Assembly (NCBI GenBank): GCA_937898665.1
Contig: CALEIY010000127.1
Coordinates: forward strand, 9,810 to 41,809
From: Candidatus Bathyarchaeota archaeon
Lineage (GTDB): Archaea; Thermoproteota; Bathyarchaeia; TCS64; B23
Direction: 5' to 3'
Length of the DNA stretch: 32,000 nucleotides
Positions 31,258 to 32,000 of the stretch are shown here, piece after piece; positions within the stretch are counted from its first letter, which is position 1, and every line of letters starts with the position of its first letter. Made by a program: the position numbers and the translations under genes. Under the pieces are notes generated by a model that saw only the letters and a program-made list of their open reading frames with translations, was not told the DNA's origin and did no database searches.

Positions 31258-31836
31258 CTACTCGACCACGTATCTATATGAGATGTATTCGCCGGCTGTC
31301 TCGCTTCTACCCCTTATCCTGATGATGTCTCCAGGCTCCGCCCCTAGGATTATAGCCACGGGGTCTGAGGCCTTTATCCAGGGGAGTTGATAGGGCTTCA
31401 CGTGATAGCGCTCCAGCACCTCTCTCTTCTCCTCCTCTGAGAGGATCTCATGTATTGGAACCAGCTCATGCTGGAAGATATCGAAGGCTGGGAGACTTGG
31501 AGGTATAAGCTCTATGAGGCGTCCACGCCCCTCACGTTCGGCCTCCTCGTTAAGCTTCTCAACGGTGCTTCGGGCGGAGTATGTGTAGTGCCCCCCGCCG
31601 ATGAGGATTCCCCTCACGGCGCCTAGCTCCTCCACCTTCTCCTTCAGATCTCTGATATAGGAGATTCCGATCGTCTTCTCGCCCAGGACGCAAAGTATGA
31701 CATAGCGATCGCCGTTCTTCCTCAGATAGTAGTAGATCCGGTTTCCCTCACGCTCAACATCCTCAATCTCTAGGCCCCTATACTTTATGATGAGGGCTGC
31801 CCGACGCTCCTCTAGGCTCTCAGCCTCTAACGTCAT
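31258..31836 (-). CDS. rpoH: RNA polymerase subunit H (Rpo5) with an approximately 117-aa N-terminal extension (Rpb5-like full-length architecture)
   Basis: The C-terminal 75 aa (HELVPIHEILSEEEKREVLERYHVKPYQLPWIKASDPVAIILGAEPGDIIRIRGRSETAGEYISYRYVV) are canonical RpoH. ATG 31836 overlaps the rpoP stop (ATGA). There is no in-frame start codon just upstream of the RpoH domain. Confidence 0.9.
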   Translation of the reverse strand: MTLEAESLEERRAALIIKYRGLEIEDVEREGNRIYYYLRKNGDRYVILCVLGEKTIGISYIRDLKEKVEELGAVRGILIGGGHYTYSARSTVEKLNEEAEREGRGRLIELIPPSLPAFDIFQHELVPIHEILSEEEKREVLERYHVKPYQLPWIKASDPVAIILGAEPGDIIRIRGRSETAGEYISYRYVVE

Positions 31837-32000
31837 CTCGCCTTCACCCTCTTAACAACTGGAGGCCTAACCTTCCTGAAGATGCGATAACCACACTGGG
31901 GACATCGAAATGAGACGTAGCGCTCCAACTCTGAGTAGGCGACTCGACTGCCGCAGCGGACACATTCATAGATCGGGCCTCTAGGCCTCTCCTCCTCCAA
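31833..32000 (-). CDS. rpoP: RNA polymerase subunit P (Rpo12/Rpb12 homolog); complete or truncated at the window edge
   Basis: The minus strand reads (L)EEERPRGPIYECVRCGSRVAYSELERYVSFRCPQCGYRIFRKVRPPVVKRVKAR*, a CxxC...CxxC zinc ribbon with the RPP..K.VKA tail typical of RpoP. The TTG at 32000-31998 could be the start. Not in the ORF track. Confidence 0.8.
   Translation of the reverse strand: MEEERPRGPIYECVRCGSRVAYSELERYVSFRCPQCGYRIFRKVRPPVVKRVKAR

Noticed and set aside
1-32000. Scan for CRISPR arrays, tandem repeats, rRNA genes, inteins or split genes, and defence or toxin-antitoxin modules
   Set aside because: I saw no periodic direct repeats, no rRNA-like sequence and no intein-sized insertions; RtcB, PyrG, ProRS and HisRS all have normal lengths. 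I saw no recognisable Cas, restriction-modification or toxin domains. The scan was visual only, so short or degenerate repeats could have been missed.

Overview
Dense, GC-rich archaeal chromosomal segment, with about 40 genes and almost no non-coding DNA. The archaeal call rests on RNA polymerase subunits RpoH and RpoP, an RNase P Rpr2 protein, an EndA splicing endonuclease, RtcB, diphthine synthase, archaeal-type ProRS and ApgM, a CTP-dependent riboflavin kinase with RibL, and an A1:U72 initiator-type tRNA-Met. Placement in a TACK/Thermoproteota-like thermophile is inference only.

Content is mostly housekeeping:
- Translation and RNA processing: secY 3' end, alaX, hisS, proS, endA, rtcB, rnp4, dph5, hflX, an Mtq2/HemK-like methylase and tRNAi-Met.
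- Nucleotide metabolism: pyrG, pyrF and carbamate kinase.
- Flavin cofactors: an RbkR-type riboflavin kinase/regulator and ribL.
- Central metabolism: a four-subunit 2-oxoacid:ferredoxin oxidoreductase operon, porGDAB, and apgM.
- A transporter and unknown-function cassette bracketed by two inverted amidohydrolase paralogs.

I found no CRISPR array, transposase, integrase or recognisable defence genes, and I cannot point to a convincing new multi-gene system. The most unusual items are:
1. A 192-aa RpoH whose extra N-terminal domain looks like the eukaryote-type Rpb5 N-domain, translationally coupled to rpoP.
2. Perfect 48-, 33- and 23-nt identity tracts between otherwise diverged, inverted amidohydrolase paralogs.
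3. A diphthine synthase carrying a DUF357-like C-terminal domain, in an overlapping rnp4-dph5-ribL operon.
4. An EndA homolog lacking the catalytic His.
5. An uncharacterised coupled gene pair next to rpoH.

Many ORF-track starts are over-extended, so I give revised starts where conserved N-termini, TATA spacing or stop/start overlaps support them. All family assignments come from motif recognition by eye; no searches were run.
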